A stretch of 64,000 nt of DNA from the NCBI GenBank assembly GCA_964270895.1, contig OZ185444.1; one strand, written 5' to 3'. A program made the translations under genes and the position numbers. Source of the DNA: Podarcis filfolensis. Lineage: Eukaryota. The first letter of the stretch is position 1; every line of letters starts with the position of its first letter. This document shows positions 1 through 13,156 of the stretch, one piece after another. The notes under the pieces were generated by a model. That model was not told where the DNA came from. It saw only the letters and a list, made by a program, of their open reading frames with translations, and searched no databases.

Positions 1-522
1 TGGTTGCAGTTTTATTCTTTCTAATGGATCAGCTTGGCAGTTAGCTCTGGCCCTTATTTTCTTTATGTTGAGGTGGCATCTGTAGCTGAAAACACCTTTT
101 ACTGTTTCTTATATGAGTCTGGTGCACCAGCTCCTACTTCTCTCTAGTCACAGTTCTTTGTGCCTAGATAACATCTAGGTTAGAGTACTGCTGCCTTTGC
201 CAATCTGGTATTGTCCAGATGTTTGGACTGCAACTTCAATCAAACCCTATCAAGACAGCTGTGCCGGATGGGGCCGATGAGAGTAGTAATCCAAAACACC
301 TAGAGGGCACCATACCTTGGAAACTACATCTGGTTCAGGAAACCTGGAGCTAGATGATTAACTAAGGCTGGTCAATCAGAAGACACATCCTTAGTTTAAA
401 AATAAAAATCATTGGATTCCTTTTTGTTTCTAGGTACAATTCAAAGTTCTGGATTTAACTTTTGAACCCCTATATGACCCTTAGAGCTGGGTATCTGAAG
501 ACCTTCTCCAGGATTGTTAGAG

Positions 523-658
523 CAGGCATGACCAAACTTGGCCCTCCAGATGTTTTGGGACTACAGTTCCCATCATCCCTGACCACTGGTCCTGTTAGCT
601 AGGGATGATGGGAGTTGTAGTCCCAGAACATCTGGAGGACCAAGTTTGGCCATGCCTG
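523..658. mobile_element. Palindromic hAT-type MITE (~136 bp)
   Basis: Termini CAGGCATG...CATGCCTG and near-complete internal self-complementarity. Degenerate 8-bp flanks tgttagag/gtgtagag. Same family as 20212 and 51567. Confidence 0.85.
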
Positions 659-1184
659 GTGTAGAGGGATGGGAATTCAACAAATCTGAAGATAGCAATA
701 ATGATTGTTTGTGGGAGTAGCTTGACAGACTGACATCTTTCAGTGATAGTTCTGCGCAGTCAACACTTCTTGCTGTAATACTCCTGTTTTGCTGAATAAA
801 TAACATGAGAAGTAGCAATGGGGTTTGTACCCACACTTTCGAAGTTTATTTCCACATTTATTTCAGTAAAGTACTTTACTTTTGTACTGCTGGCACAGTA
901 ATTACAGTGAAGATAAAACTACTGCTGTTTCTGTCTGGTTTGTGCCTGAGCGAAGAAAAACAGAGGCCTTCCCATTTTTCCACATAGAAAATGCTGCCTT
1001 TGAAATGGATATTTAACCACTCCTGATTCTAAACCATCCACACTGTTTCTTTGCAAGACTCTCTGTAAAGCATTCCTGGCAATAAGTTCCTCTGGCAATA
1101 AGTTGATAATAACCCACTGTTTATTAAGAAATAAGTGGAGAAAGAAGTACTGTTAATTAAGCCCAAATATATCAGTAGGTATAT

Positions 1185-1325
1185 AACAGAGACGGGGAAC
1201 CTGTGTTCCTGCAGATGCTGTTCGACTCCCAACTCCTATTAGCCCCAGCCAGCATGGTCCAGTGGTCAGGAATTATAGCTGTCATACAGCAATATCTGGA
1301 GATGAACAGGTTGCCTACCTCTGGT
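1185..1325. mobile_element. Old degenerate relative of the palindromic hAT MITE
   Basis: Residual cagatg...caactcc...cagtggtcagga...atctggag motifs. Similar remnants at about 203-320 and 12720-12835. Confidence 0.45.
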
Positions 1326-1383
1326 AAAGCAGGACACTAATAGTAATGTACAGATTTTGTACTCATATGAGGGAAAACCCCAC

Positions 1384-1563
1384 NNNNNNNNNNNNNNNNN
1401 NNNNNNNNNNNNNNNNNNNNNNNNNNNNNNNNNNNNNNNNNNNNNNNNNNNNNNNNNNNNNNNNNNNNNNNNNNNNNNNNNNNNNNNNNNNNNNNNNNNN
1501 NNNNNNNNNNNNNNNNNNNNNNNNNNNNNNNNNNNNNNNNNNNNNNNNNNNNNNNNNNNNNNN
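1384..1563. other. Assembly gap (180 N)
   Basis: Run of N; ORFs 1346..1627 and 1357..1572 are artefacts of it. Confidence 1.
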
Positions 1564-3069
1564 NCCCCTTGAAAGTTGGTATGTCCTAGTGACCAGTTGG
1601 TATGTCCTAGTGACCAGAGTACTTTAGTCCTGTTAACTTGCTATGAATAACTACCATCAGTATTTATTTGTATTTGGTATATTTGTTCTGGTTATTTCAG
1701 GTTGTTGCAGAGCATCTTGGGATGTTTCTACCTGTCACTGTGCACTTACTTTAAATTCTCTCGCCTTGCAAACACTGCACTTGTCAACAGATCCTTTGCG
1801 TGTTCTTGGTCTTTTTTGTAGTCCTTGGAGGAATGCAGCTGTAACTTAAAAGTTTGCATAGTTTGTTTGTTTGCTTCCATAAACTGGACATGTTTAAAGT
1901 AACTGCACATGAGATTTATGTGGCACTTCACACACCTGCTGTCAGTCATTGTAAGTGTGTAAATTGTGTGCTCCACTTGTCCAATGTATCTGTTAACCAA
2001 AACCGTATATGAGAATTCACTAAAATTAATAGCAGATAAATATAACTCTGGAATTCTCCAGTGTGAGGTGTGCCTTGCATTTTTATTTTTTTTAAAACCA
2101 TTGTTGTTCTAGATGCAGGGTTAAGATAAACAATCTAAAATGGCAACTAGTTATTTCTGTAAATATTTATGTGGAAGAAATTGCCACGAGCTTTACCGAG
2201 ATAGTGTTTGCTTGTAATGATAAGCCAGACTTTCTGGCTTATCGTGATTTTATTGTGAAAGAGCAGCATGCTGTTGGATGCTGCTAGGTCACTCCTGCTT
2301 CAGTCTTCCCCTAGTGCGAATGGAATAAACAATCAGCACATCAACAATTAACCGCGGCTTAAGGTTGTCTCTTGATTGTGGCTTGTTAAGAAGCATCAGC
2401 AAACCGTGTTCTGAAGTACAGACACATAGAGAAGCCAGACTTCCTGATCTGTTTACTCTGCTTATGCCTGGGGCTGTGTAAATGCAACCAGTGTGTTCAA
2501 ACATATTGTGTGTGCCTGTTTTAGTGGTGTATAAATAATGTTTCAAAATAAATAAATAATGTTCTGTTAATTGAATCGTGCGTACTGAAATTATCCATGG
2601 ATGAAATATATCCATGTGATATGTATTGAAATTCATGAAATCTCGACCCAGAAATGATTTAGGTCAGGTAAAAAAATAAAGCAGATAGATAGATTGTCCA
2701 TTTCACTTAAGAGAAATAGGTAATTGGGGAATATTAAGCTCTTTTTGAGATTCATACACACATTTTCTCAAGATTACTGTATAATGTTAGAAGGAACTGA
2801 CTTTTTTTTAAAAAAAAAAATAATAACAGCCTTATTTGGCGTTCTTAAACTAGGATTTAGTAGATGGGGGCAGGAAGAGAGAATTTTCTAGAATTTACAT
2901 GAAAATGAATGAAAACATGCAGGAAATATGTTTCTCAAATTATTATAGTGAAGTTAAGCGCAGACTACAGATTTTCTAATGTAGTGACATAAGAGACTGA
3001 AGCTATGCTTCAGGCACTCTGTTGTTTATGAGTTGTTTTGTCATTAACTCACTTTTAATAGCCTCTTCT

Positions 3070-3105
<36 letters not shown>

Positions 3106-3125
3106 TAAATAAATAAATAAATAAA
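3070..3125. repeat. Compound microsatellite (TAAG)8(TAAA)6
   Basis: Read directly. Confidence 0.97.
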
Positions 3126-3919
3126 TGTTTTCTTCCCCCATGGTACACACCACTGCACATGCTCCCCCAGAACCCTTCCTTGGTCCCTGCCAGGTCCTGT
3201 CCTCTTCTCCCCAAATGGAATTTAGGCTTGAAGGAAGCCTTTTGTACATGCGTGTACATGTTTGCATGGCTGTGTATGTGCAACTGTGGAGCAGGCAAAT
3301 GTGCCCATGGGTCCAAAAAGTTGGCAAACTCTGTCCTACTATTTTCAGACTTCTTCCTCTCCCCCTGAGCTTTGCAAATCTTTGTTGAGCACATTATGTG
3401 AAAGTAAGAACTATGAGCCAGTGACAAGAATAACATAAAACCTCTTAGAATAAACCCTGGAGTAGTTATTAAGTTATAACGTCGAACCAGACGCATTTTG
3501 TGCAGTGTCAAAAAATTGGTGGCAGTGTGAAATAAGTTTTTGTGCAGTTGGGCATATGAGATTTAATAAGGAGCTATGTAGTTTCTTAAAAAAATAGATA
3601 GATGAGAAAAGATAAAAAGAAATAGAAAATGAAGATGAATACTGGTTCATTTGAAATCTTCATAAGCTTATATAAATAGTATATTATGGCTCTAACTACT
3701 TGACTAGTCAAGCCATTTATGGACTTTGGCATTTATTGAACTCTGTTTTAACAGTGTATGTAAGTATGCAGCTGTTACATACCAGCACAAAGCAAACACA
3801 AAACTGAATATTACACAGTTGTGCCATGGTACCTCCTTTCACATTGTGCTGAGTATGTTTCAATTTATTTGTTTCATGCTGATCAGACTGTCAACACCTG
3901 GGATTGAGTGTTTTGAGTT

Positions 3920-4740
3920 GTTATGTTTGCAAGCCTCTGAAGAAAATCCCTTAAAGCACAACTGCTGTCTTGCCGTGGCCATATTTTTGGTCCTCTGCTC
4001 ACATATTTTAATCTACAGAAGCACTGATGCCCTGGGATCCCATTTGATGAGTGGTGGCATATTGTGATAGATGCAGATGTTCAGTTTCTGAATCAACTGA
4101 GAGTTTGTTTCTGTTGACGGACTTCAAGGTGACACTTGTGTAGGTGAGATGCTCAGCAACAGCACTGTGAAGCTTAGCTGCCAGAAGAAGGACCGTGAGC
4201 ACTGTGACATTTCTGTGTGGATCAGATAATGCAAGAAAGTGAAACAAATGGAACAGTGTCATCATCTGTGAACATCACTTCTACTCCTAGAGTAGGGAAT
4301 TTCCCCTACTCTAATGAAAGTTCGGTCAGATCAAGTTTTGCAAATAGCACCTTGTGAACTTCCTCCTGGTTTACTGAAGGTTTCAAAAGGCTTCCCTTTG
4401 AGCAGCAGATCAGAATCAACTTCAAAACGTTTATTCAAGAACTCAACAAGAGAGTCAACCACTTCATTACAGAGAGCACCAATGTCTCTTCTATCAGATA
4501 CACATATGGTTGTATTCCTTGTTTGTGTGCTTTCTCCTCAGCTGAATTCCTTTCAGCATCATAGTTCCATATGCCTGTGTAATAGCTTAATCCTTGAAAG
4601 CATTGACGCACCCACCAAATGCTGTGCTTTCAATGCCAAGCGTTTTGATTCTGTTGATGTAGTCAGCTAGGATTCACCCTGAGTATCATAAAGAAGCTAT
4701 ATTTTTCCATGGAGTCAAGAGAAGGCATGCAGGGAGCTTC
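3920..4740 (-). pseudogene. Decayed DNA-transposon transposase C-terminal region, probably hAT superfamily
   Basis: Minus-strand frames, broken by stops and frameshifts, give RRDIGALCNEVVDSLVEFLNKRFEVD, EVHKVLFAKLDLTELSLE, LLAAKLHSAVAEHL...LKSVNRNKLSVDSE and IYHNMPPLIKWDPRASV. These resemble a hAT dimerisation region (S-x-x-E-R-type motif) as I recall it. Boundaries approximate. Confidence 0.55.
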
Positions 4741-6189
4741 AGCAAACTATGCAACAATGAGCTTATGAACGTTAGAAATTACAAAGACTTTCTCTCTTAT
4801 CCCCCTTTTTCTCATCAGTTCTTTCAGATAGTATATACAAAACATTGTTACAATCCACTTAAGATCTTATTGTCAAAGGGCGAGGTAAGAGAAGTTATGA
4901 GAGGCTAGAGAGTTTTCCAGTTTTGACAGATTTCCAGGTTCCTAGAAGGAATTTGGGGTGTGTTTCTCCGGGGAACCTGCCATTATGCACAAGTAAATTT
5001 GCATTCAGAAGGGGCGCAGAGGGGAACTGCCGTAGATCCTGAGGAACATGCATGATAAGAAGTTCATAGAGAACTCGGGACACAAGCCCATGACACTGAC
5101 CAATAGATGGACTGCTCTGCACAAATTCAGGTGGTGCATTTTGTAGTGCGACCAGCCACTATTTACGCAAAGTATTTTCTTTTAAGTTTTCAAAAGGTGG
5201 GGAGGAGACAGGAGCTCTAGGGCCCAACAGCTCAGGAGTTGATCCCAATGGATGACAACTGAGGAGCTGCAAAAATTGTGTGGGGATGCTGTGTGAACCA
5301 AGTTAGAAATGTTTGAAATTTTGAAATGTATGAATTTTTCAAGTCTTTATAGCTCCTGTTCTTATTCAGTAGTTTTGTCCTACTTTCAGCCACCAGTGAT
5401 GTCATCATGCTTGTACATTCATCCTACTAGACAGAGTAGATTGTGGGTTAATTTGGCTGCTTATTTGATTTTCCCTTCCTGGAAATCTTGTTGACATTTC
5501 AGGGCTCAATTTGGGTTATGGACTCAGGACAAAGATCTTGCAAATTCTTAAGACAGCTACTGGATAAGGTTACACTTAAAGTAATACAGTATTGAACTGC
5601 AGGGTGCTTTTATGGGATATCTAGAGTATTCTGCTGAGCTAGGTTCTCACAATTTGCATAGAGATGCATTGACATTTTATTTAATTATCTTGGGTTAGAT
5701 TATATTTGTCTAGCTAGATTCAGTATCCATTTAGGAGGATTGAATAAATTCAAACACAAGATGGATGAAGTACTTTGGGAAAGTGTAAGCTGAGGTTTAT
5801 ATTCTGCTATTTGACACATGACTGAAAACATACATTGTTGTTTTACATGGAGTGTCTATAATCTCTTGGGAATGCTTTATTTGTTTCTAGATTGGGCAAA
5901 TGCCTAAATTCAAATATGACTAATTTTATCATCTGAAAGTATCTGACCTTAAAATTCTATTACCCTGCTATGTTATGAGTTCTCTTGCTTGATTTAGGAG
6001 AGTAACCTTTCTTGTAAAGTTGCCAATACTTGTTTTTTTGTCAATTTACCACCACCATTCTTCTGTAGTGACTTCTGATAGTCAGATATTGAGGGGAAAT
6101 AATAATCTTGGCTGTAAAGCCCAGTTCATGGAAAGGCAAAAGTTTAGTGCTAAGCATAGTAATAGTGACAAAATTTGATTGAGTTTGCA

Positions 6190-7110
6190 CATTTATTTTT
6201 ATTTTTGTTCATTAAATTTGTATACCACCCTCCACCCAAAGATGTCAGAGTGGTTCAAACTATAAAAATACAAAATAAAAACACAAAATGCATAATAAAA
6301 ACAAGAACCAGAACAAAACAAAACAAAACAATACCCACTCCAACACATTTAAAAGGACATAGAATGTTAATTAGCCCAAGGCCTGGTTGAAGAGTAACGT
6401 TTTTGCCTGGTGCCTAAAGATGTATAATGATGGCACCCGGTGAGCATCCCACAAATGGGGAGCCACTGCAGAAAAGGCCTTCTCTCGTGTTGCTATCCTC
6501 TGGACCTCTCATGGAGGAGGCACACCTAGAAGGGTCTCTCTAGGGAGAGGCCTTCCTTGAGGTATTGCAGCCCTGTACTGTTTTAAGGCTTTATAGGTCA
6601 AAAGCAGCAGTTCGAATTGGGTCCAGAAACTAATTGGCAGCCAGTGCAGTTGGGCACTCTGCACCACTGAGACTACCTGAGCCTCAAGTGACAGCAAAGG
6701 ACCCCCAAACTACATACCCACTCCTTCAGAGGCAGTGTAATCTCATCAGCAGCAGGCAGCCTCTCATCCATCCAATCTAGGGAACCACCCACTAACAGTG
6801 CCCCAGCCTTATCTGGATTGAGCTTCAGTTTGTTGGTTCTCCTTAAGTCCATTATTTTGGCAAGACAATAATGGTCCAGCACATCCACTGCCTCACCTGC
6901 AGATCTAAAGGAGAAGTTGAGCTGTGTGTCATCAGCATTTTGATGACAACGTACTCCAAATGACCCCACTTGGTGGTTTCATGTAGATGTTAAACAGCAC
7001 AGGGGATAAAATCAAACCCAACCCTGATGAACCCCACATTGAAGGTTCAACAGGGCTGTAGAACACTCTCTAAGCATCCCCTGGAAACGTCCACCCAAGT
7101 CATCAATGTA
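6190..7110 (-). mobile_element. L2-type LINE 3' fragment, internally deleted
   Basis: RT remnant CHQNADDTQL...NKLKLNPDK (ORF 6673..6969), C-terminal LHWLPISFWTQFELLLLTYKAL (ORF 6509..6697), typical L2 3' end near 6190-6260. Confidence 0.85.
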
Positions 7111-9028
7111 TTTTTTTTTTTTAGTTTATCAAAACATGTCTGTATCCTAGCACATTTTAAAGTGTCTTTCGAAGTACTTGATAAGCTGTTGGCTTTCTAT
7201 TTTTAGGAATTTTGTTTCATATTATAAGTAAATATATCACATCCCACTAGTATACTGTAACTGCCTACGGATACGTGCTTTCATGAAGATTTACTAAACA
7301 AATACGTGCCCTGATTTACAGTGGATACATTTACATATATTATCAAACTTCTGTCAGTAGGGTTGGTTTCTAGATGTTATAGTTTTGCCTAGGGAGGGAC
7401 CCTGTGTGAGTTACATAAAGTTTACCTTTATTAAGGAAAAATTCAAATGATCTAGACTCATATCTATACAAAAAAGGGCTGGGGGTGGGGGCTAAGGACG
7501 TTGAATGGAATACTTATTTTCTGTAATTTCTAGATGTTTTTGTTTGGCTCTAGGATTGGCAATTGTAATTGAAGAGGACATATGTATGCATTTTTATTTC
7601 CTTTGTTAAGAATACTGTACTGGAGCTGAAAAAAAATGCCCTTGAATGCCTGGTGTTGCTTAAAATCTTGCTTGGGGTAATATTAATTATTAGTGCAAAA
7701 CTAAATATATTAAAATGGCCCAGATGGGGTATTTTTATAAATATGAAATAATAGAATTGTTTCATTCTGTTTCCCTGTAAATTGGCAATTCTCTGGAATG
7801 TCAGAATTACAAATTTATAAACACTCTCCAAAGACTTCCATAATATAGTTGATGGTTTAGTTATCTTTTCATTTGTTATGTAAGTATTCTTATGTTCGTT
7901 TGTTTTTGTATGAAAATGTGCTTGAATTCACTCAGCACACCAGAGCATATAATTAAGCATACTTAAGCCAACTGATTCAGTGGTCTTAACTATGCATAAT
8001 TTCTGTGCTGGATTGTGACCCATCTGTTTAGCCAGTTAGCAAAATAATTAAGTAAATATGCAATAAGAATATAATACGGTTTACAGTTTGCTGTGGTGGA
8101 ACGCTCTTGTTTTTCATATAAACATAGACACAGGGTGTGTTCACATGTCACACTGAACCATGGCTTAATGTGATGAATAAAAGTTAGGATGATCCCAGGT
8201 GAGCCACAGGTTCACATGTTCTTCCTTCCCTCTTCTCCTGCAGACAGCAGGAAGACATCAACAGCTTTTACTTTTTCCTAATATTGTTGTGTTGAACTGT
8301 GGATCATAAACCCATAAACCACAAACACCGGTCAGTTTCAACACAAGCCAGCTTCAGACCATGAGTTATGAGTTTGTTAAACTACCTTGAATTTGTTAAA
8401 CCATGACACCGATTTTCTTTTTCTACAAAAGTAGAAACCACTGAAGCCCACTTTGTGGTCATGCAGGACAAATGGAGAAGGGAAAGATGTGAACCCAGAG
8501 CTCTCTAAGCTTCTTCCAGTCAGTGCCCATCATATTAAACCATATTTTAGCATAATGTGATAGAGTGGTCTTGGGTATTCAGCTACACAAGGGTTAGGGT
8601 TTCAGGAAATTCAAGACCCCTTCTCATTTTCTGTAATGCTCAAAAAGGAATATGTTGATGCTTCAGACTTCACAGGTGCACAAAATGTCACCATCTTTAG
8701 CATCCCTCCATGAAGTAGAGAAGGAGATGCACAATTCACTTTGGATATTGTGGAAAATATGAAAGTGTCAGTTGTGAAGCCATTGTACTCCCTTTTCCTC
8801 CATATTTCTTTTAATACACAAAACTGTTTATTGTTACTATAACTAACACATTATACTATGCAAGTATGCACAGCTATATAGCACAGTATAGCTATATGTT
8901 TTATGTCCCTTTACATTATGGGAGAAATTGTGCCTTACAGTAATTTGATAATGTGATTCTAGGACAGAAAATTGGTTAAGGGGGGAAAACAGGAAAAATT
9001 ACTAAGGCATCCTTAACTGCAAGAGGGT

Positions 9029-9059
<31 letters not shown>

Positions 9060-9060
9060 A

Positions 9061-9095
<35 letters not shown>

Positions 9096-9105
9096 GCAAG
9101 CAAGC
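9029..9105. repeat. Compound microsatellite (TTGC)7-TTGA-(TAAA)8-TAA-GCAAGCAAGC
   Basis: Read directly. Confidence 0.95.
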
Positions 9106-10960
9106 TTGTGTTTAGATAGGCTTTTGCCAGGAGGTGGTACTTATGATATTAGTTTACAATTTTATAAATGGTATATTGAACACAAACAGGGAATCTCCTC
9201 TTTCTCAAAATACAAATATCATTAGTCATAATTAATGGGCAGCAGATTTTATGCAGCAGAGTATCTTGTTACATAGTTAGCACAATTAACTTGAACAATC
9301 TATTCTATGGGGGACTTATGAGGGCAGTTTTCAAATGGGCTTATTAAGGGGTCAGAGAAGTTGTAAAGGTGCCTTGTCCGAAGTCAGTTCATTCATCTCT
9401 CCCATTGTTGTCCACTGTGGCTGGGAGCAGACCTACAAGTTCTCAACCCTGCTACCCGAGACTCTAACTAAAGATGTTGCCGATTTATGAATTTTTAGAG
9501 AAATAGTTTAACAGGTATATATAGCACTCCATTATAAGGATGCTATCAGCCTGGTTAAAGTTGGGTGCTCCTGAAGTTCATAGAAGTTCATACCACTAAC
9601 TTAGCCATACAGTGACCTGCCCAACTGTAATTGCAGCTGTATCAGAAGGCACGTCTGATGAGTTTTAGCTGTTTCCTGGCCATAGCTTTGTGTTAGTGCT
9701 TATATTATCTCTCTAGATATAATAAATCACATGTCTTTATTATTCTGGCGTTTGATATGGGACCTGCTGAATGCAGAACATGTTCTCTCCTATTGAACCA
9801 CAGGACCCTTACACTATCACCCTATTCAGAGAAACTGGTGGTGTTTAGATGCACGCTAAAGATTGTCAAGGAAAGCAACACCTTTCACAAATCCCTGTTA
9901 CAGATTATACAAGTGAACAGTGGGTTGGGAAGCTATATAATACCTGTTGTGTTTATGTGTGTTATATATAGTTGATCTTCTTCTGGCCGTGGCTTGCGGT
10001 AAAGGCTAAATTAGCTTTTGATCCAAACTAGTATCATAGACCGTATTGTAATTCGTCCTTCCAAATATTTGTAGAAACTGTGAGGAAGCTTTTAAGTGAT
10101 GCAAATATTTGAACTGCGAGCCAAATGTTAACAACACTGCAAAAAAATAAGGATGCTATCTTCAAAGGATGCTCAGGAAGTGCTTTAAATTAGTTGAATA
10201 TAAAAATGGACAAAGAGTCTCCTTTTCACTTTGGATACAGCTGAGTGAAAATCCAAATCCAAAAGAATTTAATCCTTCCATATTATTTATCAGTCTAGTT
10301 TGAAAGCCTTTCTTCAGTCTAAATAACATGCATTTGTAACAATAGCAGTATCCTGAAATGGGAGAAAAATCAAACAATAATAGTCAGGATTTCTTATATA
10401 AAAGTTATTTTTGTGGTGCAAGGATCAAAGTACCTGAGATGAATTAAACCATGATAAAGTTTCGCAGATAACACAAATGCTGTTAGTTTTCTTTTGCCTT
10501 GAAAGGCTGCACTGCCTACATACTTATCTAGCGAACGTGCTCCTGGATAAAATTAATCCATATACCAGGCAGTTTTCAAAGCTGCATTCTCAATGGGCAT
10601 TATGCCAGTAAATAAACTTATCGGTTCACCCTTTGTAAGTTGATTTGCCAGTTACACTGAAAAGCTTTATTGAGTCTTCTTTTTCCAGTACTCCTCCTCC
10701 AATATGTGACATAATAGCTCCGTTCAGACACTAAACCCTGGATTGTTCTGACCATAGTTTAGAACATTGACTTGAGCTTTCAAATGATTAGGCAAACCAT
10801 AGCTGCTTAGATGCTTTCATCTTTCATTGCTCAGCATTCCATCATCAACATTCAGCAGCCTCTGGTGATGAAAGACAGCTGTAACTGTGATATGTGGATT
10901 ATGATATCACACCATAGTTGGTGGAGATCATAGTTTACAAACCCATTTTAAACCATATTT

Positions 10961-11209
10961 TCTGTCTGCAAACCTAGCAGGTCGAAAGCACACCAGTGGA
11001 AGTAGATAAATAGACACCACTGTGGCGGGAAGGTAAAAGGCGTTTCCATGTGCTCTGGTGTTCCGTGATGCCAGAAACGGTTTAGTCATGCTGGCCACAT
11101 GACCAGCTGTCTGTGGACAAAGGCCAACTCCCTCGGCCTGAAAGCGAGATGAGCGTTGCAACCCCATAGTTGCCTTTGACTGGACTTAACCATCCAGGGG
11201 TTCTTTACC
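10961..11209 (+). mobile_element. 5'-truncated Sauria SINE
   Basis: Sauria core (aacctagcag...gtagataaata...gtcatgctggccacatgacc) and tttacc tail. 14-bp TSD tttaaaccatattt at 10947-10960 and 11210-11223. Confidence 0.9.
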
Positions 11210-12914
11210 TTTAAACCATATTTAAGCTTCAGTTCTCTTAACTGAGTCAATGTTGAACCAAATCTTAAAGCTCATTCAGTTAGACTACTTAACTGATTCA
11301 ATTAGTTCAACACATCTGGCGGGTACTGGCTTGAGGAAATCTGAGTGTGACACCTTGGTTTATCATCAAGTGACCAGAACTGAATTAATGATAAAGGTTA
11401 TAGTAATATAGGATGTGACTAGATATCATATGTCTCTGTCATCCTTGTAACTTCCACAGAGGAAAGACAGGAATTAACTGGGGCGTGCCAAGGTGAAAAG
11501 GGAACCGTTTGTTTTCTTTTTACCTTTGAGAGGCTGATATCTGAAGTAGCAGCTAGATGATCAAAATGATCTCTACCCAATTAAACTTTAAGTTGTATAT
11601 CTCTTGTGGATTTATTCCTACCACTGTTAGAAACTTTTTAATTGCTGAACACTTCAGGTGCCCTCTGTTGTTTACTAGCTTTCCAAAAAACCCAGGATGA
11701 CTTGTCCTTTTTAGCCATCTAACTGGATACTGCACAGCATAGGATACCAAGGCCTCAGGCTCAGTCAAGCAGTCTCTTTTGAAAGTGAAAAAGCAGTCAT
11801 GCAGCCAGCTCCAAATAATAATAAGAACCATAATAAGAAAACCACAATGAGAGAAGATGCATTGCAGTTAGTAAATAATAATCAGCTGTAAATATTTGAG
11901 ATGCAAATTTCTGTGTTTGCTTAATATTGTCTACTAAAGTGTGGGTCTCTGCCTTCCACAGAGCCTGTCACTGATGACTTAAGATGAAAACCAACATCTC
12001 CTGAAATCTGTAGTCCATTCTTTAGCTTCTGCATCTTAATGGAAGTAAATATTTTTATATGCAGATTTAAACCAATTTATTTGAAATACAGTAGATGGTC
12101 CAATGCTCTCGTTGGAAATAAGGTTTGAAGTAAGCAAATATCCTTTTTAATGGTCTGATATAGGCAAGCATTTTCTTTTGCTGCAGTACATTATGAGATC
12201 AACAATGACCTCATATTCCTAGTTGTTGTGAAAATATTTGAACTTGCATGTTTCTTAAGGCCGATTCACATCAGCAGGTCCATTTATTCCTTCATTCAAT
12301 CTATCATGTGGAGACATTTATATGACCATGTAGAGAAAGTATCAGTGGGAGAGTATTAGTATTAATTGTGAGTGATCTTTTATAAGACAATGGGGTTTTT
12401 TACTTCATTTATTGGTTTTAAGAGTTACATAATCTGTTGCAAACAGATGGGACAAGGAGAAGTACAGAGGCATGAGAGGTGGAAAGTAGATAGTTCAGAA
12501 CGTAATAAAAAAATGCTTATAGCCCACAATACTGGTGGACCCTCATCTAATTAATACATATGTTGATAATCTCATTTCTTAGTATGAATAATTGGAACAT
12601 CCTGCAGTTTTCTGTATTTAGCATGAAGGTTGACTAAATATTGGATGCCACTAAATGTTGTTTTCCCATGTAGATTAAATATGTTTCTCTAGCTGTCATC
12701 AGTCATGGCCAATGTGCCTTCCACATGTTCATGAATTCAAACTCTCTTCAGCTATAGCCAGCAAGACCAATGGCAGGGATGATGGAAGTTGTAGTCCAAC
12801 AACATATGGAGGGGCACCATGTTGGTTACTCCTGCTTTAGTTAGTTCTGCTTGGATGAATTTCTGATACTAAGACCAGAGTATGTTGACTTGGGGAGGTG
12901 CAGCCTTCCATATA

Positions 12915-13156
12915 CAGTGGTACCTCGGGTTACAAATACCTCGGGTTACAAACACTTCGGGTTACAGACTCCACTAACCTGGAAGTAGTACCTCGGGTTA
13001 AGAACTTTACCTCAGGATGAGAACAGAAATCGCGTGGTGGCAGCGTGGTGGCAGCAGGAGGCCCAGTTAGCTAAAGTGGTACTTCAGGTTAAGAACGGTT
13101 TCAGGTTAAGAACGGACCTCTGGAACGAATTAAGTACGTAACCAGAGGTACCACTG
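12915..13156 (+). mobile_element. Tc1/mariner (Tigger-like) MITE
   Basis: TIR CAGTGGTACCTC...GAGGTACCACTG, TA target duplication, internal ggttaca/ggttaagaac repeats. Confidence 0.92.

Noticed and set aside
1574-1617. Perfect 21-bp tandem duplication
   Set aside because: It lies 10 bp from the assembly gap, so a contig-end artefact cannot be excluded.
11971-12000. CTGATGA...GAAA hammerhead-like cores (here, at about 12680-12705 minus, and about 54740-54775 minus)
   Set aside because: None has a pairable stem II with a closing pair plus stems I/III and an NUH site.
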